Shown piece after piece: positions 31,786-43,172 of a stretch of DNA of 59,984 bases. The stretch covers positions 1 to 59,984 of the forward strand of contig PPNB01000036.1 of the NCBI GenBank assembly GCA_003707115.1, in the 5' to 3' direction. Within the stretch, counting starts at the first letter, position 1; each line of letters begins with the position of its first letter. The DNA is from Tortispora ganteri (lineage: Eukaryota). The notes beneath the pieces are model-generated. The model had not been told where the DNA came from. It did no database searches and was given only the letters and a program-made list of their open reading frames with translations. The position numbers and the translations under genes are program-made.

Positions 31786-32172
31786 GATTGTAAAATTAGT
31801 GCTGAATAGTTATAGTAAACTCCATATATGTGCCTGAATACATTATCTTTGGCACCTTCTCTTGTATTGTTGCAATTAACAACTTTTTAACAAGATAAAA
31901 TAATTCTAGTTCTGTATCTATTTCGTCTACAATCATACTTCTAGGATTTTTTCTATATGCACTACATGCTGAGGCAAATGAGGACAATATATTCAATAGA
32001 CTGCATCTCATTGAACACATAAGCTGACACAAGAAACGAGCTGTCTTGGTTTTTAGGTCATCTTCAAATCCTTTACACTGCCATCGCAGATACAAGTATT
32101 CTTACTAGAGTACACAGTCAGTATTGTAGTGATTTGCGATCGGCTGTAAATTCTGGAACGGGGTATGATGTT

Positions 32173-32220
32173 TTAGGGTTGTTGTTGCAGGTTGCTATGT
32201 TGGGTATGCCAGATTAGGGC
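32173..32220 (+). promoter_or_regulatory. TTAGGG(TT/C) Tbf1/telobox-like sites upstream of RPS1
   Basis: ttagggtt 32173-32180; ttagggc 32214-32220. Confidence 0.5.
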
Positions 32221-32315
32221 AGTGAGCCGTCACGTTGTTGGCAAGCGGAGAAACCCATAGCTCTGGACGCACAGACCCAACCCAATACGTTCCACATACA
32301 TACCATTCAACAAAC

Positions 32316-33086
32316 ATGGCTGTAGGCAAGAATAAACGCCTCTCTAAGAACAAAAAGTCTATCAAGCGAAAAGCTGTTGACCCCTTTGCTCGCAAGGAAT
32401 GGTTTAATGTAAAGGCACCTTCTATGTTCGAAACTAGAGATGTTGGACAGACCTTGGTTAACCGTTCTACTGGTTTGAAGAACTCTGCAGATTCTTTGAA
32501 GGGACGTGTTTTTGAGGTTTCATTGGCCGATTTACAAAACCAAGAAGACCACGCTTTTCGCAAGGTACGCCTCCGTGTTGATGAAGTTCAAGGAAAGAAC
32601 TGCTTGACCAACTTTCACGGAATGGACTTCACCTCTGACAAAATTCGATCTCTTGTCCGTAAATGGCAAACTTTGATTGAAGCTAACGTTGCTGTTAAGA
32701 CTGCTGATGATTACTATATCCGTGTTTTTGCTATTGCATTCACCAAGAGAGCTCCTACTCAAATCAAGAAAACTACTTATGCTCAATCTTCTCAAATCCG
32801 TGCTGTTCGCAAAGTCATGACTGAGATTATCCAACGTGAGGTTTCTAATGCTACCCTCCCTCAGTTGACTGGCAAGCTCATTGCCGAAGTTATGGGACGT
32901 GAAATTGAAAAGGCTTCTGGCGGAATCTTTCCTCTCCAGAACGTTTATGTCCGCAAAATCAAGCTTCTCAAACAACCGAAATTTGACCTTGGAAACCTGC
33001 TTGCTCTCCATGGAGAATCTTCCACTGATGACTCCGGAAAGCCTGTATCTTCCACATTCAAGGAGGTTGTTCTTGAGTCTGTTTAG
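32316..33086 (+). CDS. RPS1: 40S ribosomal protein eS1
   Basis: [34 protein letters not shown]; strong codon bias. Confidence 0.98.
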   Translation: MAVGKNKRLSKNKKSIKRKAVDPFARKEWFNVKAPSMFETRDVGQTLVNRSTGLKNSADSLKGRVFEVSLADLQNQEDHAFRKVRLRVDEVQGKNCLTNFHGMDFTSDKIRSLVRKWQTLIEANVAVKTADDYYIRVFAIAFTKRAPTQIKKTTYAQSSQIRAVRKVMTEIIQREVSNATLPQLTGKLIAEVMGREIEKASGGIFPLQNVYVRKIKLLKQPKFDLGNLLALHGESSTDDSGKPVSSTFKEVVLESV

Positions 33087-33167
33087 AGATGAATAAAAAC
33101 CTATGAATGTACTAAGAATTATTATTAAATAGTTATAGATGTAGATATCGCACCGGGAGCCAACTGG

Positions 33168-34013
33168 CTAGAGCGACAATACGAATTTTTCAACTAACTT
33201 GCAGAACGCCGCAGGCTGTTCGGCGATAATCCAATGCCCTCCTTGCAATGTTTCAATCTTGTAATTGGGGAATAATATTGGTATTTCACGATTCAACGCC
33301 GCTGTCGTTATGTATGGAGATTCGGAACCTTTAATGAATAGCGATGGTTTGGTGTAAGTTTTCAGCGGTCTGTCATAGATAGAGTAGTCAAATAGTCCTA
33401 CGCTATTTAATGAATCTCGCAAAATATCAAGGGGAATGTGGAATTTTAGAACACCGTGAACCATTGAAGCATTAGTTAAAAGAAAATGAACCAATGAGGG
33501 AGATGATACAGTATCAGAGAGATAATCGGAGGCTTCTTTCCTCGAGGTAAACTCCATAGAATCAATTTCTTTCATAAGCATACAGTAAGTGTGCATCTCT
33601 GATCCAATAGTCTTTGAAATTGGAGCGTTTTCGACAGGTACGATTCCTCGAGACCGATCAGGATATGCTAACGCATGGGTCATGACGGTTTTAGCGCCCA
33701 TAGAATGACCAATGAGTACTGGTTTTTGTAGATCATGATCCGATATAAATCTATCAAGGTCCTCTGACATGGACTGATAAGTGTGAGGCTTGGCATGTGG
33801 GCTCTGTCCGTGGTTCCGCTGATCTACGCAATACACATTGGTTCCGAGCGCTTTAGCAAGCGCTTTTGCTGGGGTCCTATTGTTGACCTTGTTGCCAAAT
33901 AATCCATGCAATATTATGATAGGTGCATCAGTTTTTTGTGCAGACGACGCATTGGGTTTATGGAGATCGTAAACAAGCTTAACAGTGCTAAACTGACGTA
34001 CTTGTCTAATCAT
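33168..34013 (-). CDS. Mitochondrial alpha/beta hydrolase (ABHD11/Eat1/Imo32 family)
   Basis: IILHGLFG, DQRNHGQSPH, GHSMGAK, GHWI; likely ATG at 34013. Confidence 0.85.
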   Translation of the reverse strand: MIRQVRQFSTVKLVYDLHKPNASSAQKTDAPIIILHGLFGNKVNNRTPAKALAKALGTNVYCVDQRNHGQSPHAKPHTYQSMSEDLDRFISDHDLQKPVLIGHSMGAKTVMTHALAYPDRSRGIVPVENAPISKTIGSEMHTYCMLMKEIDSMEFTSRKEASDYLSDTVSSPSLVHFLLTNASMVHGVLKFHIPLDILRDSLNSVGLFDYSIYDRPLKTYTKPSLFIKGSESPYITTAALNREIPILFPNYKIETLQGGHWIIAEQPAAFCKLVEKFVLSL

Positions 34014-34153
34014 TAAGCCGTTTAATAGAGATTGAACGTAGTGAGCGGATGGGAGAACGACCAATCAGAAGAAACTATTTACCACTACCACACACGTAAA
34101 ACTGCATCGACCAACCTTCTTTCCTGGTTTACTCATAAATACAAAATACAAAG

Positions 34154-34528
34154 ATGATTATTCCTACAATGTTAGCGGAGCCTGTTAAATGGGCGGCTAC
34201 TAATGCTGAAGCAAGGAAGAAGGTTTTACACTTGTATCGCCGTTTTTATAGAGGTGCTCCGACAGTTGTTCAGATCTTTGAGCTAGAGATCCCTGCATCA
34301 TCTATACGCACACGCGTCCGTCAAGAATTTGAACGTTATCGCTATGTAGAGGATCTTCCTGCGATCAATGTCCTTTATGCCAAAGGTCAGATGCAATACC
34401 AGGAAATCATGAACTTGTGGATGCAGAAGCCTCAACTTATGAAGTACCTAGCCGACACTCCTAACGGATTGCCCCTCCCCAAGAAACAGGAAACATTCAT
34501 GGACAAGTTCTTGTCTGGATCTCCTTAA
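34154..34528 (+). CDS. NB4M: Complex I accessory subunit NDUFA6/B14 (LYRM6)
   Basis: VLHLYRRFYR LYR motif, RVRQEFERYRYV, KGQMQYQEIMNLWMQ. Confidence 0.9.
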   Translation: MIIPTMLAEPVKWAATNAEARKKVLHLYRRFYRGAPTVVQIFELEIPASSIRTRVRQEFERYRYVEDLPAINVLYAKGQMQYQEIMNLWMQKPQLMKYLADTPNGLPLPKKQETFMDKFLSGSP

Positions 34529-34639
34529 TGACTCTTTTTACTTGTCAATACATTTTTACACTAATAATCTTCTGTTCTTTTAGCGCTTCCTAGTAGACTT
34601 CTATTTCTTCCTCTCTTTGGGACCATTTCTCTTTTAGCC

Positions 34640-37078
34640 ATGAACAAGGCCTTTCAGAATGCAACTGCGGCTATCAAAGCACGAGACATTTATGGACTTG
34701 TTTCCTCACTGACAGAGATTAATGAATTAGCGAAATTGAATGTCGACAAAGATGTCTATTCGATATCCCTTGTAGATATGAAAACACTCTCTACATTGAT
34801 CAAAACGATCTACGACCTGTTGGCGCCTGTCCCTGTGGAACAGACCCATGAACAGATAAAAACTGTAGCGCCACCGATTGTTACTGTATTATTGGATAAT
34901 GGCGATGTTGCGGATGTTTTGTGTCGCAGTCAAACTTTTGCTCTCATAATATATATCGTTGCCCAGTACGATCATGACACCGGATTGTCACACTTGCCCT
35001 CGATCCTCGATCTGCTCAGCACACCTACACAATTAGCCAGGCTGTCTAAAATGATAAAAGGCCCAGCTTGGTTTAAATCAACTGTGGTATCTCTTTTAGC
35101 AGGTATTCCTATGACTAGGAACGATGGCGTCGCCTCAATTATCGAATTTATCACTTTAACTAACACTGCTACCATACTAGATGCTAATGCCATAGCACGT
35201 GCTGCAAAACTCCTGTCTAGTGTTCCCTCTTCTGAATCGAAGGCAACTTACTATGAAAAGGTCTCTGATCAAATAGTCAATATACTATCGCGCACGAATT
35301 CGGAACCCCTGCAAGCCAGTACCTGTCAAATCCTCTCATTAATGCTGACTTCTACTAGTACGGCCCGCGAACTGGCCCAAACTACTATCGATCACATAAT
35401 AGCTCCATTAACTCCTCCTTTTAAGTATTCTATTACTTCAGAACAACTTTATTCTTCGCTTTACCGACTTTCGATAATCTGCCGATCTTCTGACCTGTCT
35501 TTGAAGTTACTCTCCTCGTCCACTATTGACTTCCTGTGGAGTTACTCTCTATACTTGGACGCTACAAAGCGTGCTAAAGGTCTTGAACAACAGCTTTTAC
35601 GTCTTTATTTCTCTCTTTCTTCTAATTCTACAAAGTTTCTGAATCTTGCTAAAAGTTCTTCTTCTTTAAATAGAGACTGGCACTTTGCTCCTTCAGATGA
35701 CGGTCGCGTTCAAGTGGATATAGGTCCTACTCTGCAAGTTCAGTCGCCGGAAGACCTCATTAAAAATATTGAGGCTGCAGTCTCTTTATTGGCTGAACTA
35801 CTCAACGGACAGCCTGAAGAATTTATCCTCGATGTGTTTTACTCTGCCTTCAGGCTATGGATGGGTGAACGAAATGACGAGTCTACAGATCCACTTGCAT
35901 CATTGGCGATAGCTAAACTTGTGGAATTGGTGGTCTCTGATCACAAGGAACGGCTATCTAAAAGTCCATTACGCTTACTTGACATGCTTACTACTGTCAT
36001 TGACGGTTATTATGAACAATTAAAAACCAAAACACAACAAGGCTTGTCACTAAATTTTGTTCCTGATGCTAGAGAAGATGATTCTGACGACGAAGACGAA
36101 GGTGAAGAGGACGAAAATATAGTCAATAGTGCTATCTCAATTGCTAGTATCATTTTACTTGACTCTGAACTATCACAAGAAAGTCGCGCTCTTGCCAATA
36201 CTCTGAACGAGAAACTGGAATATATTGCTGAATATGGCAACCCAGTCCTCCAGTCTGCTACGCACACACTTCGCATTGCTCTTGATACAAAACGCACTAC
36301 AGATACTTCGGAGCCGAATACATCTGCAGTAATATATAAGCAAGCCATAGATAAGCTCAACGATCCGTTGGTTCCTGTTAAAGCACATGGGCTACACAAT
36401 TTGAAGAGCCTCGTTGACAAAGGAGACCCGATTATTGATCCTACTAAAGTGTCATCAATTGTTTTACGCTTAATGAAAGACGATGACTCATTTGTTTATT
36501 TGAATTGCGTGAAGGTGTTAGAATCATTGACACGGGCCTATGGATCTGAAATTCTAGACCGAATTTTTGTGGCCTACACTTCTAAAAGTGAACTCGATAC
36601 GAAACTTCGATACGGAGAAGCATTAGGAAAATGTATACGACTAATGGGTGACTTATTTTGGCGTGATAAAGTGCAATATTTCTGTCTACAACTCATTAGA
36701 ATTGCTGGGGACGCGAAGTTGGATTTTAGATGGAGAATGTCTTCACTAAATATCCTTGGAGTGGCATGTGAAACTAACTTATCGGGTTTGAGCGGGATTA
36801 TCTGGCCAATAATAGACTGTGCATTGAGTATATTAACATTTGATAACACCAATAAGCAGGAATCTATAATCCTGCGAAGAGCGGCTCTGGTGCTAATTGC
36901 TTCGATATTCAGAAGCATGGAGTCGTTTGGTGATTTTCCACAGGACAAAGTGCGGTCAACTATTAGAACACTACGGTACCTTGGCGAAACAGAATTCGAT
37001 AGTATTGCTAGAGATCAAGCTACTACGATTCTTGATATTATTAAAGATGGCTTGCATTCAAATTTGCAAACAGTTTGA
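34640..37078 (+). CDS. RTP1: RNA Pol II assembly/import factor Rtp1 (TANGO6)
   Basis: HEAT-like protein; DPLVPVKAHGL, KDDDSFVYLNCVK, KLRYGEAL, RMSSLNILG, LRRAALVL. Confidence 0.85.
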   Translation: MNKAFQNATAAIKARDIYGLVSSLTEINELAKLNVDKDVYSISLVDMKTLSTLIKTIYDLLAPVPVEQTHEQIKTVAPPIVTVLLDNGDVADVLCRSQTFALIIYIVAQYDHDTGLSHLPSILDLLSTPTQLARLSKMIKGPAWFKSTVVSLLAGIPMTRNDGVASIIEFITLTNTATILDANAIARAAKLLSSVPSSESKATYYEKVSDQIVNILSRTNSEPLQASTCQILSLMLTSTSTARELAQTTIDHIIAPLTPPFKYSITSEQLYSSLYRLSIICRSSDLSLKLLSSSTIDFLWSYSLYLDATKRAKGLEQQLLRLYFSLSSNSTKFLNLAKSSSSLNRDWHFAPSDDGRVQVDIGPTLQVQSPEDLIKNIEAAVSLLAELLNGQPEEFILDVFYSAFRLWMGERNDESTDPLASLAIAKLVELVVSDHKERLSKSPLRLLDMLTTVIDGYYEQLKTKTQQGLSLNFVPDAREDDSDDEDEGEEDENIVNSAISIASIILLDSELSQESRALANTLNEKLEYIAEYGNPVLQSATHTLRIALDTKRTTDTSEPNTSAVIYKQAIDKLNDPLVPVKAHGLHNLKSLVDKGDPIIDPTKVSSIVLRLMKDDDSFVYLNCVKVLESLTRAYGSEILDRIFVAYTSKSELDTKLRYGEALGKCIRLMGDLFWRDKVQYFCLQLIRIAGDAKLDFRWRMSSLNILGVACETNLSGLSGIIWPIIDCALSILTFDNTNKQESIILRRAALVLIASIFRSMESFGDFPQDKVRSTIRTLRYLGETEFDSIARDQATTILDIIKDGLHSNLQTV

Positions 37079-37137
37079 TTCAATCATTGTTATAGTTAAT
37101 ATATCTACATGAGCATGATAGCATTTGTAATCGGTCA

Positions 37138-37404
37138 TTATTGTTCAACCACTTTCCCATCAGACTTTGAACAAGAATCGCTTACCCAGAGTACATTGTT
37201 GCAGCGAATCATTATCTCGCCTACTGGACCTTTCATGTCTCCTGCTATGTACTCTATAGCATCATCCATCTGTATATTCATGTAAGAATCAATCGACAGT
37301 AAAGTGCCCCGATATTCAGTTTTGTTCCATTTTAATCGTACAACTACTGGTTTGCCTACCAAGTTTTGCATGAATGGCTTTGGATTAATCGGGTCTAGGG
37401 ACAT
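37138..37404 (-). CDS. SMX3: Sm protein F
   Basis: PINPKPF..VVVRLKWNKTEYRGTLLSIDSYMN..GEIMIRCNNVLWV. Confidence 0.93.
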   Translation of the reverse strand: MSLDPINPKPFMQNLVGKPVVVRLKWNKTEYRGTLLSIDSYMNIQMDDAIEYIAGDMKGPVGEIMIRCNNVLWVSDSCSKSDGKVVEQ

Positions 37405-37594
37405 ATCTTTGATGCGATAGTGCGAAGAATCTTACGCTACTGCACAACCGTTCTAATTGGACTAGTTAGTTGGCAAATGCCTTCAACTGATCCTATTTTC
37501 TGCTCGAACCGAATTATCACTCCACAGAAAACCCCTTTAAGTTGAATCCGTTCTTTATTGTTGTGATTAAGTGGCCTTTAAAAAGCGAATAAGG

Positions 37595-37670
37595 ACGCGT
37601 AAGCTAGGTACTGCACTGGTGTAGCCTTTTCGGAACCAACGACATCAGTGAACCAGCTGGTGCCGGGTAA
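37595..37670. promoter_or_regulatory. MCB (ACGCGT, 37595-37600) and Reb1-type (CCGGGTAA, 37663-37670) sites in the SMX3/ORC6 promoter
   Basis: Exact consensus matches. Confidence 0.5.
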
Positions 37671-37805
37671 CTTTTAGTAGTACTTTTGTCTGTGCCGCGA
37701 AAAGGCAACAACATCAAGAACCAACCTCCTAAATACTTATGTACTTGTTTACCGGTGATATCAGCTTTAGCCGTTCTCGTTCTGAAAAACTTCTACTTAA
37801 TCGAA

Positions 37806-38567
37806 ATGAATAAAGCGTGCGACGATGCGCTGAAGGCCATGCTGCCGGAGCTGAATGGCAACGTCCCTTCTTCTCTCACGAAAATCGCAGTTCGATTATA
37901 TGCCAAAAGCAAACTGAAAATGCCAAAATTAGGTCCAAGCGAAGAAATAGCTAGACCGTACATATGTGCAAGGATGGCAATTTTGCATTCGAAGGCGAAG
38001 AACGTCATGAATCTGGAGATCAGCAACGCGGCTTTACCTGTTTCTAATAAACAGTTCATGAAGCTCTACAATATGTTTCAAGATCGAATAGTCCGCTCTA
38101 GCCGTGCAGCCAAATCAATTCTAAACCCAGGTATCAAACTAGATAAAGGCAAGAAACGACAGGCAGAATTGCTTAAAAGGAGGGTCATCGCTGCAATGAA
38201 TTTTAATCCAAAGGATGCGAAGAAGTTCCAGCTCTTATGCGACAGATCACTGCCTTATATTGGCGTTAGTTCTAGCATAATGGGTGCAGCTCTTTTTCTT
38301 ATAAAGCAAGACCAATCTGTGTCCAAAAGCGAGTTTGAATTGAAGCGTGACGTTCTCAGGGGACTCGAAGACGGTGACCCGCGAAATAGCAAAAGCATAA
38401 TATCCGACGTCACAAAAATTGAAAAAATAGTAAAACAAGCCGATATCAAATTTGATCACGTTGAAGCAGATAGCCTCTTATTCGATCGGCAGTTAGATGA
38501 GCATGAACTTCTATTAAGAGCTGGCTCTCTGATATCCTGGCGTAGCCAAAAATTCAAACTGAAATAA
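37806..38567 (+). CDS. ORC6: Origin recognition complex subunit 6
   Basis: LYAKSK..KLGPSEEIARPYICA..LPVSNKQFMKLY matches the fungal Orc6 N-terminal domain; ATG at 37806. Confidence 0.75.
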   Translation: MNKACDDALKAMLPELNGNVPSSLTKIAVRLYAKSKLKMPKLGPSEEIARPYICARMAILHSKAKNVMNLEISNAALPVSNKQFMKLYNMFQDRIVRSSRAAKSILNPGIKLDKGKKRQAELLKRRVIAAMNFNPKDAKKFQLLCDRSLPYIGVSSSIMGAALFLIKQDQSVSKSEFELKRDVLRGLEDGDPRNSKSIISDVTKIEKIVKQADIKFDHVEADSLLFDRQLDEHELLLRAGSLISWRSQKFKLK

Positions 38568-38692
38568 CTCCTCATGTACATCCTACATACACAGTAACGA
38601 CAATAATGACCTTATTATATCTTCTTTTTTTGTTCTTTCTTTCTTTGTAACATACGATACACTATCTCTTCACCATCTTCGTCGTAAATCTG

Positions 38693-39955
38693 TTATGGCA
38701 TGTTGAACAGAGAAAAGTTTCTTACAATACCCGGACCATATTCGTCGTAGTCCTTCTTTGTATGACAATAGCTCTTAAACTCGCCAGTTTGTGCAAGCAA
38801 ACTACCACCGAACCACACAGCATTTCTCTGCCGCTTATGAGAAATAACCTGGACATCCATTCCACCTGATTTAGCTCCACTTTTCTTTTCCGAAGTTTTG
38901 ATACGAGCATCAACCAAGTGTTTGATATCACGCTGAAGACGCCTTCCAAAATCTTTGAACATTGTAGACCCACCTGAAAGTACGATATTGTTGTAGAGGC
39001 CACGACGTACATCAATAGGACTGGATTGAATCACATTATCGACAACTTCAGGTAAAGGAGTTAAAAAGTCAGAAGATATTATCTCGGGGTTGAAAAACAC
39101 TTCTGGAGCCAAGAACCTTTCGTAGCCGACATCCACATTTACATGTTTTCCTCCACCTTGATCCACTCGAAAGGTTTGAAACTTGTCTTTCTCGCGATCA
39201 TAACGAGAAAACTCCTTAACTATGTCCGGGCAAACGTATGCATACTCCTCTTTAATTCTTTCAGCTGTCTTCAAGCTGGTATCAGGCTCGCCTCTATCTC
39301 TTAACAGACTCTGAACGAAATACGTAATATCTCTGCCCGCAATCGGAATACTTTTAATTCCGGAACCAATTACATAACCTTCAGCAACTGGAATTACATG
39401 CGTAACACCATCGCCAGAATCAATTACAGTACCTGTTAATGAGCGATCCTGAACTTTCGAAGAGGTCCAGGATGCAGCTAGAGCGAGCACAGCTTGAACA
39501 GCAATGTAAAGTCCAGAGCAGTTAAAAGACTCAAACATAATTTCGGCAGTATTCTCTCTATTTTCGGGTGTATTAAGTGGTGGTTCGGTCAATAAGAAGT
39601 AGTGGTCCTCTGGGTCGCATCTGAGATACTTGAATAGAGAACATTCCCAGAAACGCTCCATGAGATCCCAATTCTCCACTTGTCCATGTCTCATCGGATA
39701 CTCAAGGCCATATCCCGGCCCATTAGCAGCATACAATGCTTCGTCTCCAATGAAGAAATCCAGGTCTTCGGTATCCCGCTTTTGCGACAACGACGACGTC
39801 GCCGTCCTGACGCCCGGCTTACCACCAGCACCAGAACGGGTGGCCATCGCCGTGGGGAATATGAATGACGGTGAATCATTTCCTGCATATCCCAACTTAG
39901 TCATACCGGTGCCATTGTCCATGACAATGGCCGGTCTATCCCTTGCAATAGCCAT
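38693..39955 (-). CDS. ARP3: Actin-related protein 3
   Basis: [46 protein letters not shown]. Confidence 0.97.
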   Translation of the reverse strand: MAIARDRPAIVMDNGTGMTKLGYAGNDSPSFIFPTAMATRSGAGGKPGVRTATSSLSQKRDTEDLDFFIGDEALYAANGPGYGLEYPMRHGQVENWDLMERFWECSLFKYLRCDPEDHYFLLTEPPLNTPENRENTAEIMFESFNCSGLYIAVQAVLALAASWTSSKVQDRSLTGTVIDSGDGVTHVIPVAEGYVIGSGIKSIPIAGRDITYFVQSLLRDRGEPDTSLKTAERIKEEYAYVCPDIVKEFSRYDREKDKFQTFRVDQGGGKHVNVDVGYERFLAPEVFFNPEIISSDFLTPLPEVVDNVIQSSPIDVRRGLYNNIVLSGGSTMFKDFGRRLQRDIKHLVDARIKTSEKKSGAKSGGMDVQVISHKRQRNAVWFGGSLLAQTGEFKSYCHTKKDYDEYGPGIVRNFSLFNMP

Positions 39956-40145
39956 TATGTTCTCGGAAATGGATTTGGTAGATTCTGTAATCCGTGCAAT
40001 GTTCCCAAGTGGTGAATAGACCCTCCAAATGACAATCAGCACTTTCTATTGGTCAGTTTTCAATTACCCTAACATTGCTTGATATTCAGGAGTTTTATAC
40101 TTCAGAACCTGAACCAGCTCAGTCCGCTAAGACCTATTTATCTCG

Positions 40146-43031
40146 ATGTCCTGGCATCAATTTTCTTTCTTTAAAACTACGCCTATACGCGATCCGAATT
40201 TCCCTCATGACCCGGTTTTTGGAGATGTAGATGTCTCGTCTACCACTGCACGAGCCGGTTTTTGGATAGTAGCATCACATACATCGGTATCACTAGTCAA
40301 CATTGCCGACTTAACCCCTAAACTACGCTTTTCAGCAGGTGAAGACGGTTCTGTTACTTTTATGCAGCTTTCACCTTCAGCTAAGGTTCTTTTGACAATA
40401 ACGGAAGGCCGTTCCTTATCTGCGGATCCCTTCGTTCAACTTTGGGACCTCTCCAACATCAAAAACAATAGTCCTCAGCAGATCACTGCATTTTCAGTGG
40501 CCGCCGTACGTCAGAATTTTCCTCTGTCTGCATTTAGCGCTTCAGATGATTTTTCCTTTTTAGCGTTTGGTTTTGCCAACGGAACAATTGTCATCGCTCG
40601 TGGCGACCTGATCCACGATCGTGGCGTAAAGCAACGGATAGCTCTCGATGGTTCTGACCCCATTACTGGTCTGTTCTTCGCACATGCCAATCGTAGATAT
40701 CCAATTTTCTATGTTAGTACAACTAGCAAGTTATTCACTATCGATTCTACTGGACGCACTCGTGAGCCTTTGCGCGTCCTCGACGAAACTGGATGCGCTC
40801 TAGGATGCATGGCTTTTGATTCAGAGAATCAATCCATTCTAGTTGCTCGTGATTCGTCAATATCACTATACGATTCTGATGGAAGGCTTCCTAATATAAG
40901 CTTTGAATCATCCAAACAATCTGCCTTCTTTTTCAATAATTATCTCGCATTGAGTTCTCCAACAGATTCTGATGCTTCGTCTGAAATGTCTTCTGTCCTA
41001 AACACAATATCTTACAATAACTTAACTCAAAGATCTACCAAAGTTGTCATAATAGATACACGCAATCACATAATCGCCTACACTTCCTACTTCCCTTCAG
41101 GAATTCGATCTTTCTTTTACAACAACTCGGAACTTTACATTCTCTCTCTTGATAGCATACTGTATCAACTTTCCGAAATTCCGTTGGAAAGTAAATTGGA
41201 AATTTTACAATCTAAGTCTTTTTACTCATTGGCTCTTCAAGTTGCGCAAAACACTTCAGCTTCAACCACTATAATTAACGAAATTCACAAAGCTTATGGT
41301 GATTATCTTTATTCTAAAGGCAATCTACATGAAGCTATGACTCATTACATACAATCAATTACTTCTGTTTACTCTGGTGAGGTTATACGCAAATACATAG
41401 ATGGCAGAAATATCTCTGATTTGTCTCTTTACCTTGAAAAGCTGCACGATATTGGCAAGGCTTCAACTGAGCACACCACGCTTCTTTTAAATTGCTATGC
41501 TATTCAAAAGGACGAAGCAAACCTTTCAAAATACATAACATCCCACAGCACGAATATACATCTTGATTTCGACAGAACTATTGAACTATTGAGGCACGGT
41601 GGATATTACTATCTAGCATCTTATCTTGCTCAGCGGTATGAGCATAGCGAGATGGTCGTATCTATTCGCATACAAGATATGAATGACTATATAGGAGCAC
41701 TGGAATTTATATCATCTTTATCACCTGAAGAGGCCATTCACAACGTGCAAGACTCTGCTTATCTGTTGCTCACACACATCCCGGAGGAGACACTAAAATT
41801 CTTGATACGTTTATACACCGGCGAGTACATTCCTCAAAAGACTGATTTGTCACCTCCTGCTTCTTTTATATTGTCTAATAACAGCAGCGCTCAGAAATCA
41901 AATAATGGTGATTCGTCTCCTTCGATCGCTAAAGCAGAGATCAATGGAACTGAAAACTCGCCGGTTTCTGGTAATAATGTATCTGCAAGCCAGTATATAT
42001 CATACGACTTGCCGAATTATGAATCTATCTTTCCTGCTTTTGCTGATTTGCCTGTCTTGTTTTGTAGATTTTTGGAAGCTCTTTTACAGAGGTTTCAAAA
42101 GCAAGACGACGACAATACCAAGCTGATTAACCTGTTTTCTTCCCTCTTTGAAGTCTACTTGACATTATCTAATTCAAAGGAAGATGAAACTAAGGAGCTG
42201 TATCAACATAAGGCGCTAGAACTTTGTCAGCACCCTAAGTTTCCTCGTGGAGTACCAGAGATTGTTCTTACAGCACATCTTAATGGTTTTAAGAATATCA
42301 AACTTCTTATCAAGCATGAGGACAATTTTCATATCGATCTTTTTAGAGCATACACCTCAGCTGACGATATCTTAAGTTGTATTGAGCTAGTTCGCAATTT
42401 TGGAGAGAAGTATCCACTGCTCTATGTTCTGGCACTTTCATACTTTTCATCTTCTGAAGTTATACTTCAGCGAACAAGCAATGAAATTCCATTTATCCTT
42501 GAACAAATTGATAAATTTAATTTGCTCTCTCCGTTGGAAGTTCTTCAAACATTGGGCACTAACCCTGCTGCTACAATTGGTCTAATGCGTAAATACTTAC
42601 TCTCTGTTATTTCCAAGGATAAGAATACAATCGAGCATAACATGAAACTAGCTCGAAGCTATAAGGCGGAAGCAGACTCGAAAGTGGAGGAAATCTTGAA
42701 TCTCACATCAAACCCTCAGTTGTTCCAAAGCACTAAGTGCACTGGCTGCGGGGGGCATTTGGATCTGCCTACAGTTCACTTTCTCTGCAAACACTCCTAT
42801 CATCAGCGCTGTTTAGCCGATGTTGTTCTGGATTATTCTGAAGAAGATAAAGGAGATAAACTGCATTGCCCAAAATGCGCCCCTAATATTGCGGCCCTTA
42901 ATAGGATTCGTAAAGCTCATAGTGAAGTGCGAGATAAGCATGATGTTTTTAGAACAGCACTAGCGAATAGTGCTGACAAGTTTGGAATGATTGCGGACTT
43001 TGTGGGCCGTGGAATGTTAGATACAGTGTAA
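40146..43031 (+). CDS. VPS11: HOPS/CORVET subunit Vps11 (Pep5)
   Basis: SWHQFSFF, RGDLIHDRG, YGDYLY, EHTTLLLNCY, RING C..C..LDLPTVHFLCKHSYHQRC. Confidence 0.95.
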   Translation: MSWHQFSFFKTTPIRDPNFPHDPVFGDVDVSSTTARAGFWIVASHTSVSLVNIADLTPKLRFSAGEDGSVTFMQLSPSAKVLLTITEGRSLSADPFVQLWDLSNIKNNSPQQITAFSVAAVRQNFPLSAFSASDDFSFLAFGFANGTIVIARGDLIHDRGVKQRIALDGSDPITGLFFAHANRRYPIFYVSTTSKLFTIDSTGRTREPLRVLDETGCALGCMAFDSENQSILVARDSSISLYDSDGRLPNISFESSKQSAFFFNNYLALSSPTDSDASSEMSSVLNTISYNNLTQRSTKVVIIDTRNHIIAYTSYFPSGIRSFFYNNSELYILSLDSILYQLSEIPLESKLEILQSKSFYSLALQVAQNTSASTTIINEIHKAYGDYLYSKGNLHEAMTHYIQSITSVYSGEVIRKYIDGRNISDLSLYLEKLHDIGKASTEHTTLLLNCYAIQKDEANLSKYITSHSTNIHLDFDRTIELLRHGGYYYLASYLAQRYEHSEMVVSIRIQDMNDYIGALEFISSLSPEEAIHNVQDSAYLLLTHIPEETLKFLIRLYTGEYIPQKTDLSPPASFILSNNSSAQKSNNGDSSPSIAKAEINGTENSPVSGNNVSASQYISYDLPNYESIFPAFADLPVLFCRFLEALLQRFQKQDDDNTKLINLFSSLFEVYLTLSNSKEDETKELYQHKALELCQHPKFPRGVPEIVLTAHLNGFKNIKLLIKHEDNFHIDLFRAYTSADDILSCIELVRNFGEKYPLLYVLALSYFSSSEVILQRTSNEIPFILEQIDKFNLLSPLEVLQTLGTNPAATIGLMRKYLLSVISKDKNTIEHNMKLARSYKAEADSKVEEILNLTSNPQLFQSTKCTGCGGHLDLPTVHFLCKHSYHQRCLADVVLDYSEEDKGDKLHCPKCAPNIAALNRIRKAHSEVRDKHDVFRTALANSADKFGMIADFVGRGMLDTV

Positions 43032-43172
43032 ATTAGCTATTTGTTCGAAAGCAGGAGGTAAAATATCCATGAATAAAGCTGTGAGTGTTGATATGATAGC
43101 AAGGATAGTATCAGAGACGTCCTTCAGGAACTTCATGTCTATAATAAATATGTAGAGTGAGGCAATAAGTCG

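Noticed and set aside
31786..32100. Possible tRNA-5S fusion, and the 99-aa ORF 31796-32095
   Set aside because: No cloverleaf or B-box seen upstream of the 5S gene; the ORF has a non-ATG start and no motifs
32532..33011. Long antisense ORFs over RPS1 (also over ALD 48067-48828 and RPS4 54595-55152)
   Set aside because: Expected shadow frames of strongly codon-biased genes
37450..37475. ACTAAC..TAG upstream of SMX3 (possible 5'-UTR intron)
   Set aside because: No convincing upstream donor site found
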